A stretch of 64,000 bases of DNA from an uncultured Bdellovibrionales bacterium (GTDB lineage: Bacteria > Patescibacteriota > Minisyncoccia > Moranbacterales > UBA1568): the NCBI GenBank assembly GCA_964597355.1, contig CAZQWS010000003.1:15301-79300 (forward strand), read 5' to 3'. The notes beneath the pieces were generated by a model. That model did no database searches, was not told the origin of the DNA, and worked only from the letters and a program-made list of their open reading frames with translations. This document shows, piece by piece, positions 49,619-58,981 of the stretch. Every line of letters begins with the position of its first letter. Within the stretch, counting starts at the first letter, position 1. A program made the position numbers and the translations under genes.

Positions 49619-50170
49619 TTAGGCACAAATAATTTCAGCTGAGAGCTGTTTGCGAGGAGCATCCAATACCTTAACACGTAAAACATAGCGCTCCCCCTCT
49701 CCAGTCATACACATGAAATTCTCAGGCAGTCCCATGTCGCGAGCAAACCGCTTACCATCATACGTCGTAGGATCAATCGAAACCAAATATTCAGTCGTAG
49801 ACAAGAGCATCTTGGCCCGAGAAAGTACTTCCGTCAAAGGCGTAATGCCTCGAACAATAAAATCATTCACACCCATCTCACGCGAACGCTCTTCGTCTTC
49901 TTGGCGACCAAGGTGGGAAAGAAAAATCACTGGAATAGAAGCTGTCATCACATTTTTGCGAAGCGCTTCGACGAGCATAAAGCCATCCATCTGCGGCATG
50001 ATAATACCCGTCAGAATGATGTCTGGTTTTTTCTCGTTGATTTTTTCCATCGCTTCCAAGCCATTACTGGCTTCTTCCACATCAAACCCTGCATTACGAA
50101 AAAGTTCCACATATACTTCGCGAGTTTCATTGTCATCATCAACCAGAAGAATGCGTTGTGGTACTGTCAT
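49619..50170 (-). CDS. response regulator (REC domain) with C-terminal domain of unknown function
   Basis: 'ILLVDDDNETREV...DIILTGIIMPQMDG...' is REC with the phospho-acceptor Asp. The roughly 60-aa C-terminus has no DNA-binding HTH that I can recognise. Confidence 0.6.
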   Translation of the reverse strand: MTVPQRILLVDDDNETREVYVELFRNAGFDVEEASNGLEAMEKINEKKPDIILTGIIMPQMDGFMLVEALRKNVMTASIPVIFLSHLGRQEDEERSREMGVNDFIVRGITPLTEVLSRAKMLLSTTEYLVSIDPTTYDGKRFARDMGLPENFMCMTGEGERYVLRVKVLDAPRKQLSAEIICA

Positions 50171-50242
50171 AAGAGGTATCCTAAAAAGTTACAAAAGATA
50201 CTTTGAGTATACCGCAAAACAATCTCCTTGCCCAACCAGTAT

Positions 50243-51325
50243 TTAATCAACAGTCTTAAGTTCTTCGAGCAGCTTCTTCATAGCGAGCGAAGGGTGTTTG
50301 GGTATAGCAAGTTCTACTTTAACCAGATGATCCCCCTTACCAAAACGAGAAAGTCGCGGAATCCCTCCGCCTTTAATACGAAAAGTTTCTCCAGGAACCG
50401 TCCCGGCTGGAATTTTCATGGAAATGTTCCCCTCAAGCGTCACTACTTCAACCTTATCTCCCAAAACCAACTGAGGATAGGAAACCTGGATCGCAGAAAC
50501 AACATCATCTCCTCGTCGAACCAACACCTCATGTGGCTGCACGTGCACCACCACAAAAAGATCTCCTGCCTTCACACCGCCTTCGCCCGCTTCGCCTTCT
50601 CCAGTGAGCGACAAAGCCTGCCCATCCTCGATACCAGCTGGAATACTAACAGTCAGTTTTCGTTCTTCCCGTACTCGTCCGCTGCCTTTACAAACACCAC
50701 AGTGTTCAGCAAATATCTTTCCTCTGCCATGGCAGGTATCGCAGCGGCTCATTTGGGCAAACACCCCAAGAATCGTACGCATCTCTTTACGAAGTTGCCC
50801 CTGACCCTGACAAGCAGCACAGGTTGTTTCTTTACTTTCCGGCTTTCCTCCTGTACCGCGGCAGGTTGCACAACTCACAAAAGTTCGAACCGAAATGTCT
50901 TTCTTCACTCCCCGTACCATTTCCTCAAAACTAATTTCTACGTCTACTTGTACATCAGATCCTCTGGGTTCCTGTGAACGACCACGCCCACCAGTAAAAA
51001 TATCAGTAAACAGATCCTCAAAATTAGATCCTCCAAAGTCGAAGCCTTGGCCACCGAACTGTGAAAAGTCAAAACCTCCAAACCCTTGGCCACTACCATG
51101 TGCTCCTCCGCCATGGCTAAAAGCCTGGCCAAATTGGTCATATTGGTTTCGTTTCTTTGGATCGCTTAACACGTTGTAAGCCTCATTAATCTCCTTAAAT
51201 TTAGCCTCATTCCCACCCTGTTTGTCAGGGTGATGAGTATGAGCTAGCTTACGGTAAGCTTTTTTAATTTCGTCTTGAGAAGCGGTTTTATCCACCCCCA
51301 GTAACGTGTAGTAATCTTTTGCCAT
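50243..51325 (-). CDS. dnaJ: molecular chaperone DnaJ
   Basis: J-domain 'DYYTLLGV...HPDK', a G/F-rich linker, and four CxxCxG zinc-finger repeats. Confidence 0.85.
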   Translation of the reverse strand: MAKDYYTLLGVDKTASQDEIKKAYRKLAHTHHPDKQGGNEAKFKEINEAYNVLSDPKKRNQYDQFGQAFSHGGGAHGSGQGFGGFDFSQFGGQGFDFGGSNFEDLFTDIFTGGRGRSQEPRGSDVQVDVEISFEEMVRGVKKDISVRTFVSCATCRGTGGKPESKETTCAACQGQGQLRKEMRTILGVFAQMSRCDTCHGRGKIFAEHCGVCKGSGRVREERKLTVSIPAGIEDGQALSLTGEGEAGEGGVKAGDLFVVVHVQPHEVLVRRGDDVVSAIQVSYPQLVLGDKVEVVTLEGNISMKIPAGTVPGETFRIKGGGIPRLSRFGKGDHLVKVELAIPKHPSLAMKKLLEELKTVD

Positions 51326-51379
51326 ACAGTATTAGCACTCTCTATTATCGAGTGCTAAGAAAAGTCTGTCAACCCCACA

Positions 51380-52345
51380 CTAAACCTCAATAATTTCTTG
51401 TTCTGCTGAGACTACTGAGAGTTTGACCCAGCCAAAAGTGAGGAACATTCGGAAAAGACCATGAGCCAAGATACCAATAAATGGCACGAGGAAAGCAAGC
51501 AATGGATACAGTGTCAAAAAAAGGAGGAAAGAAAGGAAAAAAGGAAGGATCGGGATCGGTAACTTCGTACTCCCATTAGAGAAAAGAGCTATTGTTTTTT
51601 TGCGTAAAACTTCAGCGAGAATCACCTGCATATTTTCCGTTCCTATAACCTCACGGCCAAGGAGGCGTCCCAGTTCTTTCTTTGTCCGAGCCAATTCTTG
51701 CTCCCAAAACATATTCTGTACCTCTAGAGGGGCATCCACCATAGCGACATCATTATTTATTTGGACCTCATGCAAAAAGTTATCCACTGTTACCGTCTTA
51801 TCTTGGAGTGTGTCGATACCCGGATACAAAGACTTCATCATCCGTAGGAGAAGTGGGCCGGTTCCCTCAGCTAAATCAAAACTTGGCACCAGCCGTTCCC
51901 AAGAAAGTGTCTCAGCGTGAACAAAATACTGACTAGACAACGTTACGCTTACCCCCAGAACAAGTAGTGTCATGCCTGAAAGTAAGCTGCGTCGCACCGA
52001 AACATGCAGTCGTTCGCCAAGCTCCTGTTGAACTTGACGCAATCCGCAAAAAACAAGGGCTCCTGAAATTATCACTAGAAGAGCGTGCCAAAGTGAAAGC
52101 GCTTGTAACAAGCTTGGCGCCACCGCCACCAAAGCCGCTAGAGCAGAGAATAATTTTTCTTGCCAAAGGATTGCTCCAGTTAGAAGAAAGAGGAAAAACA
52201 AAGCAAACCAGAGTGATGGTACCAAAAAACTACTTGCCTCTTCTACCAAAACTGCTCGAGTAAGAGCGTCCCAGGCTCCAAAACTAAAAACACCTAAACC
52301 GACCAGAAGCCCGAGAGCTGTTTTTTTACGCACTGACCATATCAT
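51380..52345 (-). CDS. hypothetical polytopic membrane protein
   Basis: Multiple TM helices at both ends. No recognisable motif. Confidence 0.35.
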   Translation of the reverse strand: MIWSVRKKTALGLLVGLGVFSFGAWDALTRAVLVEEASSFLVPSLWFALFFLFLLTGAILWQEKLFSALAALVAVAPSLLQALSLWHALLVIISGALVFCGLRQVQQELGERLHVSVRRSLLSGMTLLVLGVSVTLSSQYFVHAETLSWERLVPSFDLAEGTGPLLLRMMKSLYPGIDTLQDKTVTVDNFLHEVQINNDVAMVDAPLEVQNMFWEQELARTKKELGRLLGREVIGTENMQVILAEVLRKKTIALFSNGSTKLPIPILPFFLSFLLFLTLYPLLAFLVPFIGILAHGLFRMFLTFGWVKLSVVSAEQEIIEV

Positions 52346-52359
52346 AAGGGAAAGTATGA

Positions 52360-53403
52360 TTAGAGTCCGTGTTTTCCACGATTGGCGACATGTTCCTCAA
52401 AGGTTTTTGAAAACACTGTTTCTCCTGTCTCGAGGTTATTCAAGAAATAATAGTACTCATTAGGAATAGGGTTGAGCGCAGCGGTAAGTGACTCGATCCC
52501 TGGGTTAGCAATCGGGCCAGGTGGGAGACCAGGATACTGATATGTGTTATAAAGAGAATCATGTTCGATGTCTTTTAAGGTTGGCTGCATCTTACTTACA
52601 CCAAGTACATAGTTTACCGTTGCGTCACTCTGTAACGGTTGATTGATAGCGAGACGTTTAAGGAAAATATCACTAATAATGCGCCGCTCTTCAGCATTCT
52701 TCCCCTCTTCTTCGATGATACTTGCCAAAATTAAACTTTCGTAAGCAGTCAGTTTGGTTTTTCCTACATAGGTTCCAAATAAAGGGAGCGCCTTCTTCTC
52801 AAAAGTTTTAAGGAGTTCATTCACTATCAGTTCACCAGTAGCCTCCTTTGGGAAAAGATACGTATCAGGAAAGAGGTAGCCTTCGAAACTTGCACTAGTT
52901 GGTAGTGTAGTTAGAAAGGAAAATCGTTCTTTCCACTTTGGGTAGGGTTCCATAACAATCGAAAGGAAGTCATCGCCCGGAAGACCCAGAGCCGTCAAAC
53001 GCTCAGCCATCATACGTGCCGTAAATCCCTCAGGAAAAGTTACTTTGACCCCCGGAGGGATCACTTTGCCTTCGATAAGTCGTTCGACAATTTCTGGGAT
53101 AGAGAGATCTCCTGAAAGTTCATAATTCCCAAACTGAATTTTATCTTGGAGGTTGGAACGCATGACATAGTAAAGGAATGGGAGTTTGCTTTCAATGATT
53201 CCTTCTTGTTCCAAACGTTCAGCGATTGCCCTTGCTCCCTCACCTTTGACCACCACAAAAGTTGTCACTACTTTCTTACTTCCTCTCGCCTCTTCTACCT
53301 GTCCATCCCAATACCAAAACGCCGCTCCTCCTAAGAGAAGCGCGAGGCCAAGAATCCAAGCAAAAAGTTTTAAGAGGTTACGCCCAAGCGATGGAGTTTC
53401 CAT
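52360..53403 (-). CDS. mltG: endolytic murein transglycosylase MltG (YceG-like)
   Basis: N-terminal TM and a YceG-like fold with 'YYYFLNN...' near the C-terminus. Confidence 0.65.
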   Translation of the reverse strand: METPSLGRNLLKLFAWILGLALLLGGAAFWYWDGQVEEARGSKKVVTTFVVVKGEGARAIAERLEQEGIIESKLPFLYYVMRSNLQDKIQFGNYELSGDLSIPEIVERLIEGKVIPPGVKVTFPEGFTARMMAERLTALGLPGDDFLSIVMEPYPKWKERFSFLTTLPTSASFEGYLFPDTYLFPKEATGELIVNELLKTFEKKALPLFGTYVGKTKLTAYESLILASIIEEEGKNAEERRIISDIFLKRLAINQPLQSDATVNYVLGVSKMQPTLKDIEHDSLYNTYQYPGLPPGPIANPGIESLTAALNPIPNEYYYFLNNLETGETVFSKTFEEHVANRGKHGL

Positions 53404-53411
53404 GGAAAAAT

Positions 53412-53852
53412 CTAATAACCGCTAACCTGAATCACAACGTCTCGTTTCCGCGAACCATCAAATTCTACCGCAAAGACATTTTGTCGTTCGGTAAGGAGCA
53501 GCTTTCCCTTTTCCACTGGAATAGTCTCGCTATTTCCGAGAAGAATGGCCTTGCAATGTGAATGCCCATTGGAACGACCATCAGAAGCCGATTCTCGACG
53601 CAGCTCAAATAAATCATGGCTGTACTGGTCATCCACCGGAACAATTCGGTAGAGAATCCGCATAAAATCCTGAAGCAGCATAGTTTCGTTGTGGTTGATA
53701 GCGATACCCATGGTGGTATGCGGAACATAGACAAGCACCTGTCCCTCACGAATACCCGAGTGGTCAATCACTTCCTGCACTTTTTCGGTAATATCGATAA
53801 ACTCTATTTGAGATTTACTCTCGATATCGATCCGCTCCTTATGGATTTTCAT
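53412..53852 (-). CDS. YjbQ/UPF0047 family protein (secondary thiamine-phosphate synthase-like)
   Basis: 'VYVPHTTMGIAINHNE' and 'NGHSHCKAILLGNSETIPV...LGT.Q.VF..EFDG.R.R' fit the YjbQ family. Start set to the ATG for MKIHKERIDIE. Confidence 0.55.
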   Translation of the reverse strand: MKIHKERIDIESKSQIEFIDITEKVQEVIDHSGIREGQVLVYVPHTTMGIAINHNETMLLQDFMRILYRIVPVDDQYSHDLFELRRESASDGRSNGHSHCKAILLGNSETIPVEKGKLLLTERQNVFAVEFDGSRKRDVVIQVSGY

Positions 53853-53894
53853 ATTATTTTTATTTGAAACTTGCCCAGTGCCCAGCACTTCCTT

Positions 53895-54206
53895 TTAGAA
53901 ACTCGCAAGCTCTGTTTTGAGACTTTCCTTGGATTGTGTCCCAACAAATTCCTTCACCACCTGACCATTCTTAAACACCTTCATAGTAGGAATCGACATC
54001 ACGCCTTGGTCTTGGGCAATGGCTGGGTGAGCATCCACATTGAGTTTACCGATCTTCACATTGGTAAGTTCATCGGAAAGCTCATCAATAACCGGTCCCA
54101 TGATTTGGCAGGGCCCACACCAAGGCGCCCAAAAGTCCACCAAGACTGGCTTGTCGCTTTTCAACACTTCTGCATCAAAATTATCTTTCGTAAATTCCAA
54201 AGCCAT
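53895..54206 (-). CDS. trxA: thioredoxin
   Basis: 'VLVDFWAPWCGPCQ' active site. Start set to the ATG at 54204-54206 (MALEFTKDNF). Confidence 0.8.
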   Translation of the reverse strand: MALEFTKDNFDAEVLKSDKPVLVDFWAPWCGPCQIMGPVIDELSDELTNVKIGKLNVDAHPAIAQDQGVMSIPTMKVFKNGQVVKEFVGTQSKESLKTELASF

Positions 54207-54376
54207 ACACAAAACATTAACGGTCAATTACTCTCTCATTTTAGAATTTTCTCCCAAAAAAAGCAAAGGAGTTCGTAGGCATTTTCCCGCCAACTCCTCC
54301 CAAGACGCCTATTCCGATAGATCCCTTCCCTGATCCAACGCAATCGGGAAAGCGACGAGAGCGCGAGAGCGGCGAT

Positions 54377-56191
54377 TTATTTATTCTTCAAAATTTCCAA
54401 GAAAGCTTTTGGCGGAATAGTCATCCGACCTGTTGCTTGCATGCGTTTCTTACCAGCTTTCTGTTTTTCCAGAAGTTTCTTCTTACGAGAGAAATCACCG
54501 CCATACATATAACCAGTCACATCCTTCCGAAAAGCCGAGATGGTTTCACGTGCAATCACCTTAGCACCAATAGCCGCCTGGAGTGCCACTGCGAAGTTTT
54601 GGCGCGGTAACACTTCCTTTAATTTCGCCACAGTTTTCCTTCCCTCGCTCTGCGCCAGACGCTGAGGTACCATGCGCGAAAAAGCCTCGATTTTTTCATT
54701 GGCCACGAGAATATCAAGTCGTACCACGTCACTTTCTCGGTAACCGATTGGTTCATAGTTCATGGAAGCATACCCCGACGAGACACTTTTGAGGTCATCA
54801 TGGAAATTCACAATCACATCCATAAGCGGCGCATCAAACGTAAGGAGTACTCGCTCCGCATTGATGTACTCGGTGTTTTTGTAAATACTTCGAATAGACT
54901 GACCAAGCTCCATCACGTTCCCGAGATACTCGCTTGGCGTAATAATCGATAAGGCCACGTATGGTTCATACATCGTCTCGATTCCGGCTGGATCAGGCAT
55001 ATCGGTTGGTGAATACAAATCAACCAATTTTTCCTCACTAGCCAGTTTCATTTGATACACCACCGATGGCGTCGTAATGGTTGGCACCAGATTAAACTCA
55101 CGCTCGAGGCGAGCCTGGATAATTTCTAGATGAAGGAGTCCCAGGAAACCACACCGGAATCCTCGCCCCAACGCCTGATTACTCTCGGGCTCAAACACAA
55201 AGGCCGCATCATTCAACTTGAGCTTCTCCAAAGCATCACGCATGAAAGCATAGTCCTCCCCGTCAGTTGGGTACAAGCTCGCATACACCGCTGGTTTGAT
55301 TTCAGTATACCCAGGCAGTGGCTCTGCTTTAAGAGGGTCTCGTTCGCGTGGTTTCAGGGTAATGGTATCTCCCACTCGACATTCCGCAATCGTTTTGAGT
55401 CCGGTGGCAATGTAACCTATATCACCAGCCGTAAGTTTCTCCCCTGCTACCAGCTTGGGCCGGAAATGCCCCACCTCGACTGTCACCGTTTCTGCGGCCG
55501 TCGCCAGAAAATGGAGCGGCGTATCTCGTTCTACACTCCCATCCACGACTTTTACAAAAGCCACCACGCCTTTGTATGTGTCATAGACCGAATCAAAAAT
55601 AAGGGCGCGTAGCGGTTCGCCGAGTTTTCCTTGTGGTGCTGGCACGCTGGTAATCACTCTTTCCAATACCTGCTGAACCCCCACTCCCGTTTTTCCTGAT
55701 GCCAAAAGGATGTCGTCTTCAGCGCAACCAAGTACATGAATAATTTCTTTTTTTGCCTTATCAATTTCAGCATTCGGAAGGTCGATCTTATTAATTACCG
55801 GAATTACCTCAAGTCCCTGCTCGATAGCGAGGTAGAGATTGGCTAGGGTCTGAGCCTGCACTCCTTTGGTCGCATCTACGAGTAAAATAGCACCTTCTAC
55901 CGCCGCCAATGAACGAGATACTTCGTAATGAAAATCGACATGTCCCGGGGTATCAATAAGATTAAGTGTGTATTCCTGACCATTGAAAGCGTACTGCATT
56001 TTGACTGGCTGGAGTTTGATCGTAATCCCTCGCTCCCGTTCGAGATCCATTTGATCCAGGATCTGCTCCTTCATCTTACGTTTTTCGATCGTATGAGTAA
56101 GATCAAGCAGCCGATCCGCAAAGGTCGACTTGCCATGATCGATATGGGCAATAATACAAAAATTGCGAATATTCTCCTGTAACATAAGCAC
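54377..56191 (-). CDS. lepA: translation elongation factor 4 (LepA)
   Basis: 'NFCIIAHIDHGKST' G1, 'DTPGHVDF' G3, 'NKIDL' G4, and the LepA-specific C-terminal domain. Confidence 0.85.
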   Translation of the reverse strand: MLMLQENIRNFCIIAHIDHGKSTFADRLLDLTHTIEKRKMKEQILDQMDLERERGITIKLQPVKMQYAFNGQEYTLNLIDTPGHVDFHYEVSRSLAAVEGAILLVDATKGVQAQTLANLYLAIEQGLEVIPVINKIDLPNAEIDKAKKEIIHVLGCAEDDILLASGKTGVGVQQVLERVITSVPAPQGKLGEPLRALIFDSVYDTYKGVVAFVKVVDGSVERDTPLHFLATAAETVTVEVGHFRPKLVAGEKLTAGDIGYIATGLKTIAECRVGDTITLKPRERDPLKAEPLPGYTEIKPAVYASLYPTDGEDYAFMRDALEKLKLNDAAFVFEPESNQALGRGFRCGFLGLLHLEIIQARLEREFNLVPTITTPSVVYQMKLASEEKLVDLYSPTDMPDPAGIETMYEPYVALSIITPSEYLGNVMELGQSIRSIYKNTEYINAERVLLTFDAPLMDVIVNFHDDLKSVSSGYASMNYEPIGYRESDVVRLDILVANEKIEAFSRMVPQRLAQSEGRKTVAKLKEVLPRQNFAVALQAAIGAKVIARETISAFRKDVTGYMYGGDFSRKKKLLEKQKAGKKRMQATGRMTIPPKAFLEILKNK

Positions 56192-56230
56192 CTCACAGCG
56201 TAGAGGAAAAAGCTCACAAAAGCAAATAAC

Positions 56231-57370
56231 TTATTTCAGTCTGAATTTCAACGCCCGCATCACGTTCCACCCTCTCCCCCACTTCATCATCCCCTGGTAT
56301 GAAGTTAGTATTTCAAGCTCCCCTGACTTCGAGGCTATCTTTCGGAGCATCCTCCGCTTCGTCACCGTCCGTAACACTCGATGGCAGGGGAAATGCACCC
56401 AACCCAAGAAATCCACTCCACTCCCCAGGGTCTCAATCGAGACTTTGTTCGGATGGAGATCAAGACTGAGCCTCAGCTTGAGGAAAGCTTGGATTTTGGT
56501 GAGCAAGGTTTCAAGCTCTTGCTTGCTTTGTGACAACACTACAAAATCATCTGCATAGCGAATGTAATACTTCACTCTGAGTACATGTTTCACAAACTGG
56601 TCAAATTCATTCAGGTAGATATTCATCAGGAGTTGCGAAGTCAGATTGCCCAGAGGTAGTCCCTTCCCCTTGTCATCCCGAGCGCAGTCCCCGCCTGCCG
56701 GACGGGCAGGAAGAGATCCTGACTGGAAGCTGTACACGACTTGTCCAAGAAGCCATAAAATATCCGAGTCTTCAATCCATTCCTCAAGCATCCGTAAGAG
56801 AATCTCCTGATCAATACTGGCAAAGAACTTTCGGATATCACATTTCAAGACAAAGCATTGCTTAGTATAGTTCTTCGAGATTTTTCTTGAGAAGGTTTCA
56901 AATCTGAGTAAAGATTTATGGACTCCCTTGCCATCCTGACAAGAGTAAGAGTCCTGGATGAAACGTCTGAAAAAGGATGGCGAGAGGGCTCTATAGAGGA
57001 GGTGATGCAGCACCCTATCTCTCACGCTCGCTTTGTGAATGTCTCGTGGCTTGGGGTCATTGATCTTGAAAGCCTGATAGGGACCGTGAGTATATGTTTT
57101 CGTCTTGAGAGACTCATGGAGATCAATGAGATGATCCATGAGATGCAGCTCAAACTCCTGGACGTCTTTTTTCTGTTGCTTGCCTTTTCGGAAATTTTTC
57201 CAGGCCAAGAGGAGATTCTCGAGTGATATAATCTCTTGGTAACTGACGATAAATTTTGTTTTTCCCTTATGACCCAGACCCCCCCCGCAGGAATCTTGTC
57301 TTTGACCCAGAAGTTCAAGGCGCTCTACCGATCGTGGCAAGCTATCGTGCTCCATATTCCCAAAGTTCAT
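56231..57370 (-). CDS. DGR reverse transcriptase
   Basis: RT motifs in order: 1 'LENLLLAWKNFRKGK', 2 'PRDIHKASVRDRVLHHLLYRAL', 3 'VLKCDIRKFFASIDQ', 4 'GLPLGNLTSQLLMNIYLNEFD', 5 'YIRYADDFVV' (rc of atcatctgcata at about 56538-56549). Motif 4 has the DGR-specific [I/L]GxxxSQ in place of QGxxxSP. Confidence 0.85.
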   Translation of the reverse strand: MNFGNMEHDSLPRSVERLELLGQRQDSCGGGLGHKGKTKFIVSYQEIISLENLLLAWKNFRKGKQQKKDVQEFELHLMDHLIDLHESLKTKTYTHGPYQAFKINDPKPRDIHKASVRDRVLHHLLYRALSPSFFRRFIQDSYSCQDGKGVHKSLLRFETFSRKISKNYTKQCFVLKCDIRKFFASIDQEILLRMLEEWIEDSDILWLLGQVVYSFQSGSLPARPAGGDCARDDKGKGLPLGNLTSQLLMNIYLNEFDQFVKHVLRVKYYIRYADDFVVLSQSKQELETLLTKIQAFLKLRLSLDLHPNKVSIETLGSGVDFLGWVHFPCHRVLRTVTKRRMLRKIASKSGELEILTSYQGMMKWGRGWNVMRALKFRLK

Positions 57371-57658
57371 CGATATACATTTGGTAGTAAAATTGATACC
57401 CTCTTTCTCGAAATGCTTGAAATCCTGTTTCGAGCCCAGTATGCGAGGATGGAAACCAAATTACAGTACCTGGTAGCCGCCATCAGTAAACTCGATCTCC
57501 TCAAGTTCTTCCTCCAAATCGGTTGGGAAAACCAACTCATCGATACCAAACAATACACCAAACTCTCGGAAGATATGAGTGAGGTAGGGAGAATGCTTGG
57601 CGGCTGGAAAAAAGGCCTGGAAACAAAACTCTCACCGAAGGAGGTAAGAGAAACGTAA
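57269..57658 (+). CDS. avd: Avd-like accessory variability determinant (four-helix-bundle protein), opposite strand to RT/TR/target
   Basis: 129 aa, translated directly from the plus strand. '...HIPKVHRYTFGSKIDTLFLEMLEILFRAQ...LLKFFLQIGWENQLIDTKQYTKLSEDMSEVGRMLGGWKKGL' parallels Bordetella phage Avd as I recall it. Similar size to Avd. Its 5' end overlaps the RT ORF by about 100 nt. Confidence 0.65.
   Translation: MTQTPPAGILSLTQKFKALYRSWQAIVLHIPKVHRYTFGSKIDTLFLEMLEILFRAQYARMETKLQYLVAAISKLDLLKFFLQIGWENQLIDTKQYTKLSEDMSEVGRMLGGWKKGLETKLSPKEVRET
57279..57286. repeat. C8/G8 homopolymer inside the avd/RT overlap
   Basis: gacc cccccc gcagg: eight C on plus. It encodes T-P-P-A in avd and G-G-G in the RT N-terminus. 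Confidence 0.85.
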
Positions 57659-57667
57659 AGAAAGTAG

Positions 57668-57779
57668 CGGAGAAAGAACCTGGTCCCCGGCATTCCACTG
57701 GCCATTCTCGTCGAGCTTCCAATCGTTGACGTTCCACTTGTGGTTATCGGCGTTCCAGTAGAAGTTGACCGTGAAAATT
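57668..57779 (-). repeat. DGR template repeat (TR), 112 bp
   Basis: Aligns to 58151-58262 without gaps. All 16 mismatches are plus-strand T, i.e. minus-strand A, in this copy. In the target frame it would encode IFTVNFYWNADNHKWNVNDWKLDENGQWNAGDQVLSP, rich in AAC/AAT. Confidence 0.85.
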
Positions 57780-58129
57780 CTGTGTCTCGAGCCATCTATG
57801 CCACCACCCTTCGATAGCTCTTAAGGTTGCATCGTATCTGGGACCTCGAAGTCCACCAGCTCAAGACACCAACTCTCTTACTAAGATTTTTTGAAAATTG
57901 ACGACCCTCCTACGCGAGACTTGCCTACCACTCAGACAGGCGTATCCGGCGTAGCTCTCGCCAGTTCAATGCCCAATACGATGACTCCCAAGCCCATAGC
58001 CGGAGAGATTACGATCATATCGTTTAGATTGTATCAAAATAAAAGGCCCCGGGAAACTTTTTGCAAAGTGTCCAAGGGCCCACTGGTCCGCCTTTGGCGG
58101 AAGTGTCCAAGGGTCAGTTGACCCGATGA

Positions 58130-58764
58130 CTAGCGTGCCTGAGAGTTGGCCGGAGAAAGAACCTGGTCCCCGGCAGGCCACAGGCCACGCTCGCCGAGCT
58201 TCCAAGCGTCGACGTCCCACTCGTGGCTAACGGCGTCCCAGCAGAAGTTGACCGCGAAAACTTCGCCATTCACCCCCACCAAGTACATCAGGAAGTAACC
58301 CGGCATACCGTTGGGGTGGAGATCGATCAGGGAGATGATGTCCTCCCACTGGCCCAAGAAGGGCTTGATGAGTTCGGTCTGAATGACGCTATCGAACGCC
58401 GACCGCTGAAGCTCGTCGTTGTGGTAGACGCGCTCCGGTGCCGCTTCCACCGGCTTGAGGGCTGGCAGGATCCGCTCTCGGAAGGAGGGCGAGACCCAGA
58501 GACCCGGGCGTTCGGCAAAGGCTTGCGTCGGATCCGTCGACTGAGTGCGAGCCGGCAGCTTGATGGGAGATAGCTGCTTGAGAAGCGGTACGGGGACGAT
58601 TTGGGATCGGCCAGCGAGTAGCTCACCAAGCTGGAAGCAAAACTCTCTGTTTTGAGGGTTATCCTTGGCGAGGCGGCTCAGCAGCTTGGCTGCAGTTTCA
58701 CCGTGTTCGTCAGGAACAAACATAGCTGCTTTCGTGATCATCCCCACTGTTGCATTACTGGACA
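58130..58764 (-). CDS. DGR target (variable) protein with C-terminal C-type-lectin-like VR
   Basis: ORF open to 58822 (GTG). The best start is the ATG at 58762-58764, preceded by AGGAGA at -6 (MSSNATVGMITK...). C-terminal 37 aa are encoded by the VR. No signal peptide. GC about 62-68%. Confidence 0.7.
58151..58262 (-). repeat. DGR variable repeat (VR) at 3' end of target gene
   Basis: Encodes ...FAVNFCWDAVSHEWDVDAWKLGERGLWPAGDQVLSP. The 25 bp at the transcript-3' end (58151-58175) are identical to TR and GC-rich (tGCCGGGGACCAGGttctttctccg), which is IMH-like. Confidence 0.85.
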
Positions 58765-58981
58765 TGTCTTTCTCCTGTTTGGAGCGAGCTGTACGGCATT
58801 GACCAGACATTGGTTTCACCACAGCCCCTCACCTTTCTCTATGATTCTTGATCACCTCAAGAAATAACTACACAAATTCGTACGGTCGAGCAGAATTGTG
58901 CAGTATGCCTCTTACAAAGATTGATTGCGGAAGAGAAAAATAAGGGGCTATGGCAAAACTCTAGATTTTTAATGAACTAAT

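Larger units (their letters stand above)
56231..58822 (-). mobile_element. diversity-generating retroelement (DGR) cassette: target gene(VR) - TR - avd(antisense) - RT
   Basis: See the component features: DGR-type RT, Avd-like gene, 112-bp TR, and a 112-bp VR at the target-gene 3' end with adenine-specific mismatches. Confidence 0.8.

Noticed and set aside
57367-57795. 142-aa minus-strand ORF spanning the TR
   Set aside because: It is the translation of the template repeat plus the antisense of avd. The region is explained by TR and avd.
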